A stretch of DNA of 64,000 nucleotides from Lama guanicoe (taxonomy: Eukaryota), in the NCBI GenBank assembly GCA_013239625.1, contig MU053513.1, positions 2,158,927 through 2,222,926 on the forward strand, written 5' to 3'. How positions within the stretch are numbered: position 1 is the stretch's first letter; each line of letters begins with the position of its first letter. The position numbers were made by a program, and so were the translations under genes. Below, piece by piece: positions 13,258 through 24,710 of the stretch. The notes beneath the pieces were generated by a model. That model was not told where the DNA came from. It was given only the letters and a program-made list of their open reading frames with translations, and did no database searches.

Positions 13258-14075
13258 TGTGCAGTTAAAATAAAAGCTGGTTAAAGAAAAACCTTGAAGA
13301 GTGTCCCTAATTCCTGGCACAGAGCTTCTAAAACACTTGGAATTTCCTGAATGGTAAGAGTGCCTTCTGTTGTTCGTAATTAGCACCTTCCGACCATACC
13401 CGAGTCTGAGCTAATGAGGTTACTCGGGGTAGGGTCCTTACATAGCATCCAGATGGCGGCTGGTTGCCAGAAAGACCAAATGTGAGATTACAAGGTGGGA
13501 ACTTTCAGCCCCACTCCCCAGTGTCCAGGAAGGGGGAGGGGACTTGGAGACCGGTTTATAAAAACTCTTCAGCAATGAAGTTTGGGGAGCTTCGGGGTTT
13601 GTAAACACACTGAGGTGCTGGGCGGGTGGTGCACCCAGAGAGGGCAGGGAAGTTCTGCGTCCCCAGCCAGATACGTCGCCGTGCACAGCTATTCTGTTTG
13701 CTGATGGCTGTTGCTGACTTGTATTTTTTGCTGATTGGCTGTTGCTGACTTGTATTTTTTACAATAAATCAGTAAATGTAAGTAAAGCATTTTCCTGAGT
13801 TCTGAAGTTGGTCTAGTAAATTATCAAACTTGAGAAGGGTTTGTGGAAACCTTCAGATTTATAGCTTGTTGGACAAAAGTACAGGTGGCCCCTGGGACTT
13901 CTGAATGAAGTCTGAAGTGGGGGACAGTCACGTGGGACTGAGCCCTTACCCTGTGGAGTTTGCACTAACTCTGGGTATTTAGTGCCAGAGATGAACTCAA
14001 TTACTGGACATCTAGTTGGTGCCAGAGGATTGGATAATCAGTGTGGAATATCACCCTCAGCACTTGGTGTCAGTA
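13258..14075 (+). mobile_element. ERV LTR, MER21-like
   Basis: The motifs ttcctggcacagagcttctaaaacacttggaatttcctg, ggctggttgccagaaagacca and gtgggactgagccctta recall the MER21 family. Confidence 0.7.
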
Positions 14076-16444
14076 ATGGTACCCCCAAAGAAGACACCAC
14101 AGGAGCTTAAGCCTACATAGAGGGTGAAGGAATCAGGGCTGGCCCTAACACTTTGCTTTACATGAACACCTCAGTTTGCCTCTGCACTCTCTGAACTCCT
14201 CAGGTCAGCAACAACAGCACCAACCTGACACCACCGCACTGCCTGCAGAGGATGAGAACCTCCTGGCTGCTACCATGCCAGCCTAAGAAAATGTTAAATT
14301 GGACTTTTCTAGCCTCGGAAGTATGGTTGAGTACAGTCAATGCAAGCAACTGCACATCCTACAGAGATGCCGGACCATCTTATAGAACTTGCTAACGGCT
14401 GTCCCCAAACCAATCGGTGACCCTTCACCCCCTGTGGTGAAGGCTTATCACTCATGTCCGGGTTACATACGGGAAGGTGAAGATTGATCAGGTATCCAGA
14501 GAGGTTTGCTGGAGAGTCATGCATTTTCTGCCCCTTCCCCGCTACCTGCCCCACTGCGAACATGAGGAAGACATTCAGGATTCTGAGACATCACTTTAGG
14601 TTTCTGAGCCTGAACCAGGTCCAAGCTGAGGACAGCAGACATATATTAAACTGAACGAGAAACTGAAGTTTTGATGTATACTGGACTGGACTTTTTTTTT
14701 TAATTAAATTTTTTTCCAGCTTTATTGAGATGTAATTGCAGAATGGGCTTTTTAATACCTGAAAATGAAACCATCTGTCAATATTTTAAAGTGACCAGGA
14801 AAACTATAGAACTGGCCCGAGTTATAACCCAGGGGAGAAGCGAGGGACTCACAGCACGTCTGAAAGGCAACGGGCAACAGCTCGCAGCTTTGCTGCTTGC
14901 ACCTGCCACGGGCGTTTTGTTCCACGTGTCGGGTGGACCAGGTTTGGGTGTGAATTCCTGCCTACCCGGCAACCACGCTTCCACCACGGCCACACACCAC
15001 CATGTAATGGCTGACACAGCTCCCATTTGCAACAGCAATATCGTTTGGCAGCAACAGCGACAACAAAAAATTGGTTTTTCTAGTTTTTCTCTCTTCAAGG
15101 CCAGAGCAATTAGAACCAAGTCCTTAACCTGAGTAAGCACCAGAAGTTCAGGACTTGCTGTGGGAGGGAGAAACCTGAGGAGGGGAAAGACTTTCCATAG
15201 CACGACAGACGCCCCCAAACAGTCAATGCAAACATTCAAAGACAGGCTTCGTGAAGCTGACCTCTGGCCTTGAACTGCTTAACTCCAGACTTCTTTTATA
15301 TGAGACATAAACTTACAACTTATTTATAAGTTCTCTTTGATGGAGTACCTGTAATACAATAAAAGCTTCTCTAAATAACAGAAAGAGAAGCAAGTTTGTA
15401 GAAAAACGGGCAAAGGAAAACAGGCAATTCACACAAGGAAGAAACACAAATGGTCAATAAGTATCTGAAAAATACTTCACCTTAGAAATAATTCAAGAAA
15501 TATAAACATCAAAAGTGAAATACTGCTTCTTATTTGCCAGGCTGGCAAACTTCTAAAATATGAATTATATAGCTGGTTGGAAAGGGTCTGGAGAAATATT
15601 CTGTCATTCAACACTGATGGGATGAACCTGGGAAAGCCTTCTTGGAAGACAGTTTGGAAACAGCTTTGAAAATTAAAACTGCATTTGTATAGGGGCACGT
15701 ACACATGTCCAATCACGGGTGTGTGTGCAAGAGTGTAATGCACAGAAAAAGGCTGGGAAAAGGATATATAACAGGCCTAACGGTATTTCTATTCTCAGGA
15801 GAGGAACGGGAGGAGGGTATTAATGGATGTTCACTTTGTACACCAGGACTTAAAATTTGTTATTTTTGTACTTAAAATTTTTAAGTGAAAAACGAGTCAC
15901 ACTAGCTTTCTGAAGATTAAATAGATACACAAAACATTTTAATTGATTTATTTCTCTTTAAAATAAGTGTGCTGAGTGTCGAGCAGGCACAGTCTACTCA
16001 AATTTGAGTACTGAATGCTCCCTTGTTATAGACAGGTGGTTTATTACTTCATATCCCCATGAAGAGGGCTTCCTTAATTGGTAACAATGTAAATGCAGGG
16101 TGACATTTTATATCCCTGGGCTGTGCTGAATAAGGCTTGTTTTAAGTAATTAAAGATTTAAAAAACCACAATCTTAGGGAAAGTATTCTGAAATAAAGGT
16201 TAGAGAGATTTGCATTCTTTTCATAAAAATAACGAATTCTATTATTCGTTTTTATCCTTTCTTTTTGGCAGAGACCGTCTTCAATTTTTAAGCATGTGTG
16301 CCAAGGAGATGACCTTCTGCCAACCTACACTAATGTACTTGCCAATTTTCAGGCCAAAATTCATTCAAAATAACAGCAAGTCTTCCAAGTTTCTAGCAAA
16401 AAAAAAAAAAAAAGGTCATTTAAAATATAAGGAGACGTTCTTAC

Positions 16445-16558
16445 TTGATCCTCAAAAGACAGAGCCTGGGCAACATCTCTTGGGAATCCATCGATAACAA
16501 TGCCCACTTCATCAGGTATTTGCATCAGTTTCTGTTTTATCTCTGTAATTGTTGTTTC
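16445..16558 (-). CDS. AK5: AK5 coding exon 5 (ETTITEIKQKLMQIPDEVGIVIDGFPRDVAQALSFEDQ), 114 nt, phase 0-0
   Basis: Translated by hand (not in the ORF track). It contains the adenylate kinase signature IDGFPR. Acceptor gaaaaaag|GAA and donor CAA|gtaaga. Confidence 0.97.
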
Positions 16559-16660
16559 CTTTTTTCGAGAAAAGAGATTAAAAAAAAAAACCAGTTTAAC
16601 TTAATACTCACAACTGGTACAAAAATCTTTGCAGGATAGAAGCAAATCATACAACAGTAC

Positions 16661-16830
16661 CTGTGGGGCCAATTCTCCAGTTGTAATTATTTTGGCAATA
16701 AGACTCCATTTCCTATTGCTGCTGGTACTGTGGATCTTCTTCCTTAACAATTCTCCCACTGAAATGTAGTGAAATCCATAACGTTCTGCGATTTTCAAAC
16801 TCTGCGTACCCTTTCCACTTCCTGGACCAC
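16661..16830 (-). CDS. AK5: AK5 coding exon 4 with adenylate kinase P-loop (GGPGSGKGTQ...GELAPQ), 170 nt
   Basis: Contains the Walker A motif GGPGSGKGT and the SVGELLR motif of the adenylate kinase family. Acceptor aatgatag|GT and donor CAG|gtactg. Confidence 0.98.
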
Positions 16831-17179
16831 CTATCATTTAAAACAGGCAAAACTGTGAATTTCTGAGCCAATAAGAAACTCCCTTTTACACAATTACTTT
16901 TCTCCTTTTGAGATGCAGAGTCCAGACTAGTAACAGGGTGGAAACCATTCTACTCGCGGCGTTCTTGGTGCTACCCCTGAATGCAGAGCAAGTGTAGACT
17001 TAGCCAGGGAAAGGGTAGAGTTGTCGTGATCGACTGTGTTAGATGAAAGAAACATTATTTGCTTTACCTATTTTAGTGAACAACTAATTTAAAACATTGA
17101 ACAATGCAGTTGAAAGAAACCGTTTCTGTTTTTCTGTGTAAACTCTAATAGTTTTTCCCTCTGTAATCAGAAGACAATG

Positions 17180-17228
17180 CTGTACCCCCGAAATTGACAC
17201 AACATTGTAAACTGACTATACTTCAATT

Positions 17229-17265
<37 letters not shown>

Positions 17266-17270
17266 TAAAA
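17180..17270 (+). mobile_element. Very short 5'-truncated L1 3' end with polyA/(TA)n tail
   Basis: L1 3' end ...actgactatacttcaatt, then an A run and (TA)n. 11-bp TSD agaagacaatg at 17169-17179 and 17271-17281. Confidence 0.88.
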
Positions 17271-19569
17271 AGAAGACAATGATGGAAGTGACAGAAATGG
17301 GTTACATGCCAACAAAGAGTTAATAAGCAGTTTTGTGAAATGTAACAATTACTTTTAATCAAAGGCACACCAATATTGATATGGCTTATTTAAATCTTGT
17401 TTTGAACTCTGTCTGTTCATGTACCTCGTTGCCTTATTGCCTTTTAATGCAAAAGCTTTACTCAATAAATATGCATAGTGAATGGAAGAGGTCTTTAAGG
17501 TAGAACAATTTCATAGAACTTATGATAATTTTGATTTTGTGACACATAAGTACAAAACAATCAATATTTTGCAACATAATTCAATACTAATCGTCAGTAA
17601 CTGCCACTTATTTTTTAAAGCATAAATACTAAAATAATTATAAAACATATGCCTCAGATTTTTATTTCCAGATCATATTACATTATTTTAGTTAATTTAT
17701 ATTTCTAGACAACCTAGACTAATTGGAAGCTACGGTCTAATAAATTTCAAAATAGCGCGCATAACAATCAGCCCAATCTGATTTGCTATTTGTTGGCAAT
17801 TATACAAATAAAGTATTTTCAAGTTCTTAAGCATAAATTATTGACTGTAGACAAAATGTTTTTAAAAGTCAATGTATAATAAGTAATGAAATGTTTTTGG
17901 TAATATTCACTGAAATATAATTGATTAAGCTATACTGAACATAAAAATTCAATAGGAAAGTGAGTTAATGTTCTTCCTACTAATTCAATTTATTAAGTTT
18001 TTTAGAGGGTAGAGGTCATTTTACATATTATTTAGCACATATTTTTTATTCATGTTGCAAATAACATAAGTGAAAAAGAAAGGTGTTTGTCTGTTTTGTT
18101 TTGTTTTCCATAAGAAAACTTCTGAGTGGGTGCACTTGGTTGGCAAGGGCTTATTTCCCCTTTAAAATTTTTAATGTGCAGAATTTCTTAACTCCAATTC
18201 CAAATAATGCACCTAATAAAGCTGGCTTTGCCTTTTCATTGCTTTATTAAATTTAGGATAGGAATCTGTTTACGTTTTTGACATTCTCTTTTTAAGAAAC
18301 TCTAAACCCAATCCTATTAGACTTAACATTATGAACTACTAGATTAAATTCATTACTTTGTAAATCAAAAATAAGTTTGGTTCCAAATAATTGCTTTTGG
18401 TCTATTAAGCCACGGGCAAACAATGTATTGACTTAAAGAAAAAAAAAAATAACATGACCAACGCTGTTAACAAATTCAAACTGATTTGATCCCTGCAGAA
18501 TGAAAGTTATCTTTCACAAACTGTATATCCACACCTGATTTCAAAAAATCATCAAAATAACAGATTATAAATTCCACTGAATTAAACAAATTCAAACACA
18601 ATAAGAAAGTTGTGACACCTTCAAGGAAACAAAAAATTTTATCAATTAATGGAGGCAATAGCAGTCAGCAAAAAAATATGATTAGCACAACTTAAAGGGA
18701 ATGGCATTAATTTATTGGGTAAGTTAGATTACCAAGGCTTCCTAACAAATTAATCTTATTTTCTTTTCACTGAAACCAGAGTGAGCTTAATTTTATATTA
18801 TTTATCTTTACTACTTATAAATATTAGGATCCATCTAACTCAGATTTGTATGCTAACATGAGAGAGATTCATTCATATCTGTGCCAAGAAGGCAAGATTT
18901 AAGGAAAAACCAATCTGTATTGCCAGAAGGGAAATGTTGTTTATTTGAATGTAATACTATGTGGCTATCTGTACCTCTTCAACTCTTTTTTGGGTTGGAA
19001 CTAATAAAAAATTTTTAAGGTTCAGGCACAATTATTTTATAATTACAGAAAAGTCATAAAATTGCCCTAATTTTCTTAGATAACCTAAGGTTCAGCTTTG
19101 CCTTTCTTCTCTTATCTCAGTCCTCTAAAGGTTATTTACACTCACTGGTTCTGCATCTTTCTCGTAAAACATGAAATGTTACAACACACTGTGTAAATAA
19201 CGCTAAAACCAAAATCACATCCTTGGGAAGCAAATTGATTTTGCTGAGTAAAAATGAACTGTGAAGTGGAGGAGGTTTAAGCATTTACACCTTCTCCACA
19301 GATTTTAGTTTACTGAACTACTTTAATCATTTTCATATAAAATCCACAATGCACACAAATTTCACATATATACGCTGTTTTATATAAGAGCACTTTGGTA
19401 TTACACTTTTTCATGAAAAATCAAGCCTTCATTTGCTCATTCTGTTAATAATCACCAGTATCATACTAACAGCAACAAGAAAAACAAAACTGAAAAAATA
19501 TCTCATGACAAAATGATGAAATAATTTCCAATTATTCTTCATCTGTAGCTCTCTCTCTATGTATATGTA

Positions 19570-19644
19570 TTTTTTCCCTTAACGGAGGCACTGGGGATTG
19601 AACCCAGGACCACATGCACGGCAAGCTTGTGGTCAACCACTCTG
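19570..19644 (-). mobile_element. Truncated tRNA-derived SINE (camelid vic-1-like)
   Basis: The B-box region ctggggattgaacccaggacc is shared with the copies at 41576 and 61463. Confidence 0.75.
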
Positions 19645-20924
19645 TTTCTTAATAAAGCAATTCCCTCTATTTCTTAATAAAGCAATTCCTTATCTTCTAG
19701 GTAGGAACCTCAAATTTTTAAGCATACACACAAAAATTCCATTTTCAAGAACAGATATTTATGGCATAATGATGGCTACCAAAAGCCATAAGAACAGTTT
19801 GACTTTTAGAAAGCCAATTTCTATACTCTCTTTCTACATTATTTTAAACAATTTAGGGCTAAATATATATGCGATTTCGTTTTCATGACACTGAGCGAGG
19901 TACAAATGTCACTCCTTCCAGTCTGCTGATCTTAAATTCTTGTTCTAGCTTGCTGCTTTTATTTGCATGTTTTTTTCCCCCAATTGCCATCATCGTTATA
20001 TGTCCTGGGAGCAGCACTTCCTTCCTTGGGGCTGTACACATTTGGCCCTCTGTTAACAGTTCTGGCTGGAATAGCTTTGAACGTCTCACAATAGATTTCT
20101 GCTTTTGGTCATCTCTGTAAAAAGCTGAGTCAAATTGGACAGTGAGACAATGACTATATATGCTGTGTTTTCACAGGTCTCTATAATTTTATAGCTTTTG
20201 AGGAAGTTAGAATTTGCAAGAGTGGTAAAAATGCTCAAAGCATTTTTAACGTCTCTGTTCCTTGTGAAATAGCATCAGACTGATATTTTCAGATTCAACA
20301 TAAGATTCATAGTGGCAATTTTTAAAATTAACTATTATCCTTGTTATTTTGATTAATACTCAGATGTTATGTGCCAAGTAAAACACAATTTGATTAGATT
20401 TGCTCGTCTAATTACACCAAAACTTAGATTTTATTGTAGGTGCCAGTCTGTCATAAGAGTCATCTGTGAGTCTTTACCAACTTATTATTAACATTTATGT
20501 TTTTGCTTTAAAGTTAATAGTGAGTATAAATTCAATTTGTGGAGTTAAAAGGAAGAAAACCATATTATGTGGTGAAAACTTCTAATGGATTCAGTTATCT
20601 GCGTTAAAAATTAAGCAGATAAAATCACAGGACAATAAATCTTGAAGAGATTACTTTCAATTCATTATAGAGAATTTCGATGACATTATAAACAGAGTCT
20701 ATAAACGTGTAATAAACATTAAATTATATAATTATGAAAATGTATGTTTTATTGAAAATTATGCTAATATTTCCATCTACTGACTCTTGAGCTCTTGTTT
20801 CTATTGTTTGTCATTATCCAACTAGGTATTCGCAAATACGATACATAATTGGCATAATTCTTGAAATGTAAATATAGAAACAAACTTAGCAACAGTGTGA
20901 GAATTCTGCTTTCTGGCCTCATAC

Positions 20925-21092
20925 CTATGACAAGAATGATTTTGGGTCGAGGTCTTGTAGGATCAAAAACCTCATACTCCTCAATTAACTCGGCAGTCTC
21001 GGAGAGGTCCGTATCACTTTCTATGGAGAATTGATGGATTGGAGGGAGCCGATCATACCGTCGATATGGAAAGTTTGAATTTTCAGGCATTA
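20925..21092 (-). CDS. AK5: AK5 coding exon 3 (VMPENSNFPYRRYDRLPPIHQFSIESDTD...KIILVI), 168 nt, phase 1-1
   Basis: Acceptor ttttgcag|TA ATG and donor ATA G|gtatga. It is in frame with exons 2 and 4. Confidence 0.97.
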
Positions 21093-21234
21093 CTGCAAAA
21101 GAGTAAGATAACTTTGAAACGGGAAAAAAAGCACAATAAAACATTTTTTGCACTTAACCAATTAGCAGAAGAAATTAAGAAAATTAAACTTAATGGAGTT
21201 TGACTTTTTCAACGGGAAGAAGACTCTACTCCAT

Positions 21235-21436
21235 TAAGTGGTCAGCAAACTTTCTCTTAAAGGGCCAGATGGTCAATATTTTGGACACAGAGTCTCGTAC
21301 TCAGCCACAACAGCAGGAAAGCAGCCTTAGATACTATATAAACAAATGGATGTACTTGTGTTCCAATAAAACTTTGTTTATAAAACGAGGCAGCGAGCCA
21401 GACTTGGCCAATGGGTCATAAGTTTGCCAACCTCTG
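21235..21436. mobile_element. hAT-Charlie MITE MER58A-like
   Basis: TIR-like ends gtggtcagcaaact / agtttgccaacctctg, with internal aaagggccagat and gtgttccaataaaacttt. Confidence 0.8.
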
Positions 21437-24400
21437 CCCTGGTGGAAACTTAAGTAGTGCCTTGTTTTGCTTGGTAGTTGGTATACATCCTGGTCTCCAA
21501 AAATGGTGCTCCTCAGAGTTGTGCAGTGCACAGCCTTCAAAACTTTCACAATCACATGCTGCTGCCCATGCAGGCAATGCTTATGCATAATTTATTTAAT
21601 TTATCTATAAACATAGATATACGGCCATTATGATCCAAGGACTCCAGTGTAGTCCAGTGGAATGGCTTGGTGGCATAAATATTGTTACAAGACAGGTAAA
21701 AGAGCAGCAAACAATTTCTACATTTGAAATATCTTTCAACATCATTTTTATTTTCCCAATATTTATTTTCTTTAATCTCCTTGATTTAAAAATATAACTA
21801 TGAAGATTTAAATTCACATCTACCACGACAACAAATATTTGCCATTGATTCCAGGAAGGCTAGGTTGGATCCATCCCCCTGTTAATATGGTTAGTTCTAT
21901 AGCATATGGTTGTTCCTACTGCATCCATTATGCCTCTGATTATATTTTTAATGTCTGACTTCATCACTAGACTGTAAGCTCCATGAGGGCAGGTGCCACG
22001 TTTATTCTTTCTTGATGGCTACAGCCTCATTCTTAAAAGAGTGTCTGACACATAGTAGTACTCAATGATTATTTTACTGCTCAACTGACTCACTGACTGT
22101 CTTCATGGAAGTAAGAATAGAAGGGAGTGTTGGTTTTGAAGAAAATATGGTATGTTTGGTTTTGGACCTATTGAGTATAAGATGACAATCATATTTCAGA
22201 AGGAAAGTTCTATGAACATTTGGAGCTATGGGACTAAAACTCTTATTCATGAGTAATGATTGTACACATATGGCAGAAAAAAATGGATGCTCATCTCACA
22301 TTTACGGTACAATGCTTTCAAAAACTGACAGCTAATTATTTATCTTTGCTTTTATCATATTTTTACTTAGGAAAGTAATTTGCTTAAAATTATTAGAATG
22401 TTTCATTTCACAAAATAATTTTTCATGATGAATAGATATTAGCATAGCTATGTCAATATTTCAGCAAAAATGCATGAATCACTTTTTATTTCTAGAAATA
22501 ATAATAATGCTTTAAGTTACTAAGAAGTTAGCAATTTTGTTGATCTTAATAAGCTATTCTGTAAATGACAGTTAAAACCTACAAACCACAAATGTGTAAA
22601 GAATCTCATAAAATAAAATTTTAGTATTAGATGATAAATCAGTTTGGTAACCATTTTCTGTCTTTTAGCATAAGTTCCAGAAATAGGATGGTGTGATACA
22701 ACATTCTTGTCACCATAGTAGGGGAAAGGTTCTATTTGATGACTAATTATGAGATCTCTGAGTAGAAATTCTGGTAAAGTATTAGTAGGTATGGAGATTA
22801 AATTTAACAAGCAATTTCAATTCTAATAAAAGTTAAACCTACATTTTCCACTCATGTTTTAGCTTATCCTGCTAGATCGAGTTTCAAACCAGTCATTTTC
22901 TGGCCCAATGTAGCCCCTTGGACGCATTTTGTTTAGCTCAACATTTTCCCAAAATTTATGTTTCACTGCTCTTAGACAATGACTGTTCTCTCTTGTCCCC
23001 CCTACCCTCATTCTCTATGACATATTTGGCCTGCCTGGCTTCTACATATAATCAAGTAACAGTCAATATAAAATAAAAGCATTCACATTTCATTTTGTTA
23101 CAAAACTGTCACTTTATATAACTAGGCTGAAAGCAGCCATTCCACTAAGTGACTGTCATATCCTCTTAGACTTAAATTAAAAAATGCAAAAATATTTCAG
23201 ACTAAATCCAGTAATACCTGAGGTCTGTTAGCATAATGCGTAAAAGTTCAGAGAGTTCTCCATACTTACCTCACTTGATTTAATAAGGGCCCAGGGCATG
23301 TATTTCACACTGAGCCAGATTCTAACATAATGAAGACACTCTGGGAAGTAAGTTAGCCATCTTGGGAAGATGCGTGAACTTTTCAAGCTCACAAAAATAT
23401 CATCTGGTTCACCTAAGCAGTGATTTACTAAGTGGTGTGCTGCAGTGGTAACTGGCCAAAGGCACCCCAATCCTAAATCACCTAGTGGTGACCCTGCATG
23501 GATAGGGAACATCTGGAGATGTTTCTGAGAAAACATTGTTTCTGCTTTCCCTCCCTGCTTGTGTTTCTTAAAAATTAACACACCATGACTTTTCCCCAAC
23601 CACATTCAAATAAAATCTAAGTGGGTCGTGACTAAGTAAGATAAAACAAACTCAGATTTATTTGCCCCATATATTTATTGCAAATAGAATAATTGTCTTC
23701 ACTTCACATTCTGTCTTTAGAGCTGAAAAATTTTGTGGTGCAACTTTTGAGAATGGTTTAAATTTTGAAAATATAACGATCTTGGTCACTCAGAAAAAAT
23801 TAATTGGTTTCCTCTGATTGGAACGGACTCCATTTTGCACACACATCTTAATTTCACCTGGAACCTAAAACGCAGATTGGCTGTTGTTGAACTACCAATT
23901 TTGATAAGCACATACTTCAGAAAGCTATCAGAATACCATGAATCTCCCCTAGTGAACTCCAGTTCTTAGTTCCAAAGGAACTGAAATTGTTAAACAAGTT
24001 TATGTCTTCCATTTCCTTTATAGCACCCAGATGCCTAATCTCATGCATTGCATTCAGTAGCTGCTAAATAAATCTTGCTTGAATGAACTAGTATAAACTT
24101 TATATGCGTTTATAATATGAACTCTGAATGTGAAACACACGGATAAGTTAAATCTCTTCTCAGCTAATGAAAACATGTTGTTATATAGTAACCACCAATT
24201 TTGTCTGTCTTCTACTCACTTATCTGGAAAAGTCTTATTTGCGATTTTAAGAAAGAGTCATAGTTTGCTAATGCAATTCATTTTGCAAAATAATGAAGTC
24301 AGTGATGAGAAATTTCACCAAGCCTTTCGTGAAGTGCTGGGCAATGCTATGTAATTTTGTTTGTCTTATCATGAGTAGCTGAGAGAGATCAGTCATGTTC

Positions 24401-24523
24401 TGGGACCAAATATCCTTTCTGGCGTTTGTTAACCGAATACATTAAATCACTGCCTGCAGTCTGTATGGTATTAAAGAGAACAGCTCTAACTATAAACTGT
24501 CTATTATTCTACATACACATTAC

Positions 24524-24710
24524 CATTTCTTAAAAAGGATCTCCGTGACTGTCCTCCGTTGAGTGGAGGTAAGGTCTTCTTTTCCTGGCTTACAAATGTA
24601 TCCCATTTCACCTTGTCACAGCCGCCAAGTTCCTTTACTTTCTGCAAACAACTTTCCAAGTACTCCACTGGGTCTTCGGGCTTAGAACACATCAGCCCAT
24701 TCAAAAGACT
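24524..24710 (-). CDS. AK5: AK5 coding exon 2 (SLLNGLMCSKPEDPVEYLESCLQKVKELGG...RRSFLRN), 187 nt
   Basis: Acceptor tgtatttcag|AGT and donor AAT G|gtaatg. The translation in ORF 24504..24836 matches the AK5 N-terminal dimerisation/docking-like region. Confidence 0.97.

Noticed and set aside
14090..15380. Moderately CpG-containing stretch with 135- and 153-aa ORFs
   Set aside because: It looks like mixed old LTR-type fragments that I cannot assign confidently, and the ORFs show no recognisable protein features.
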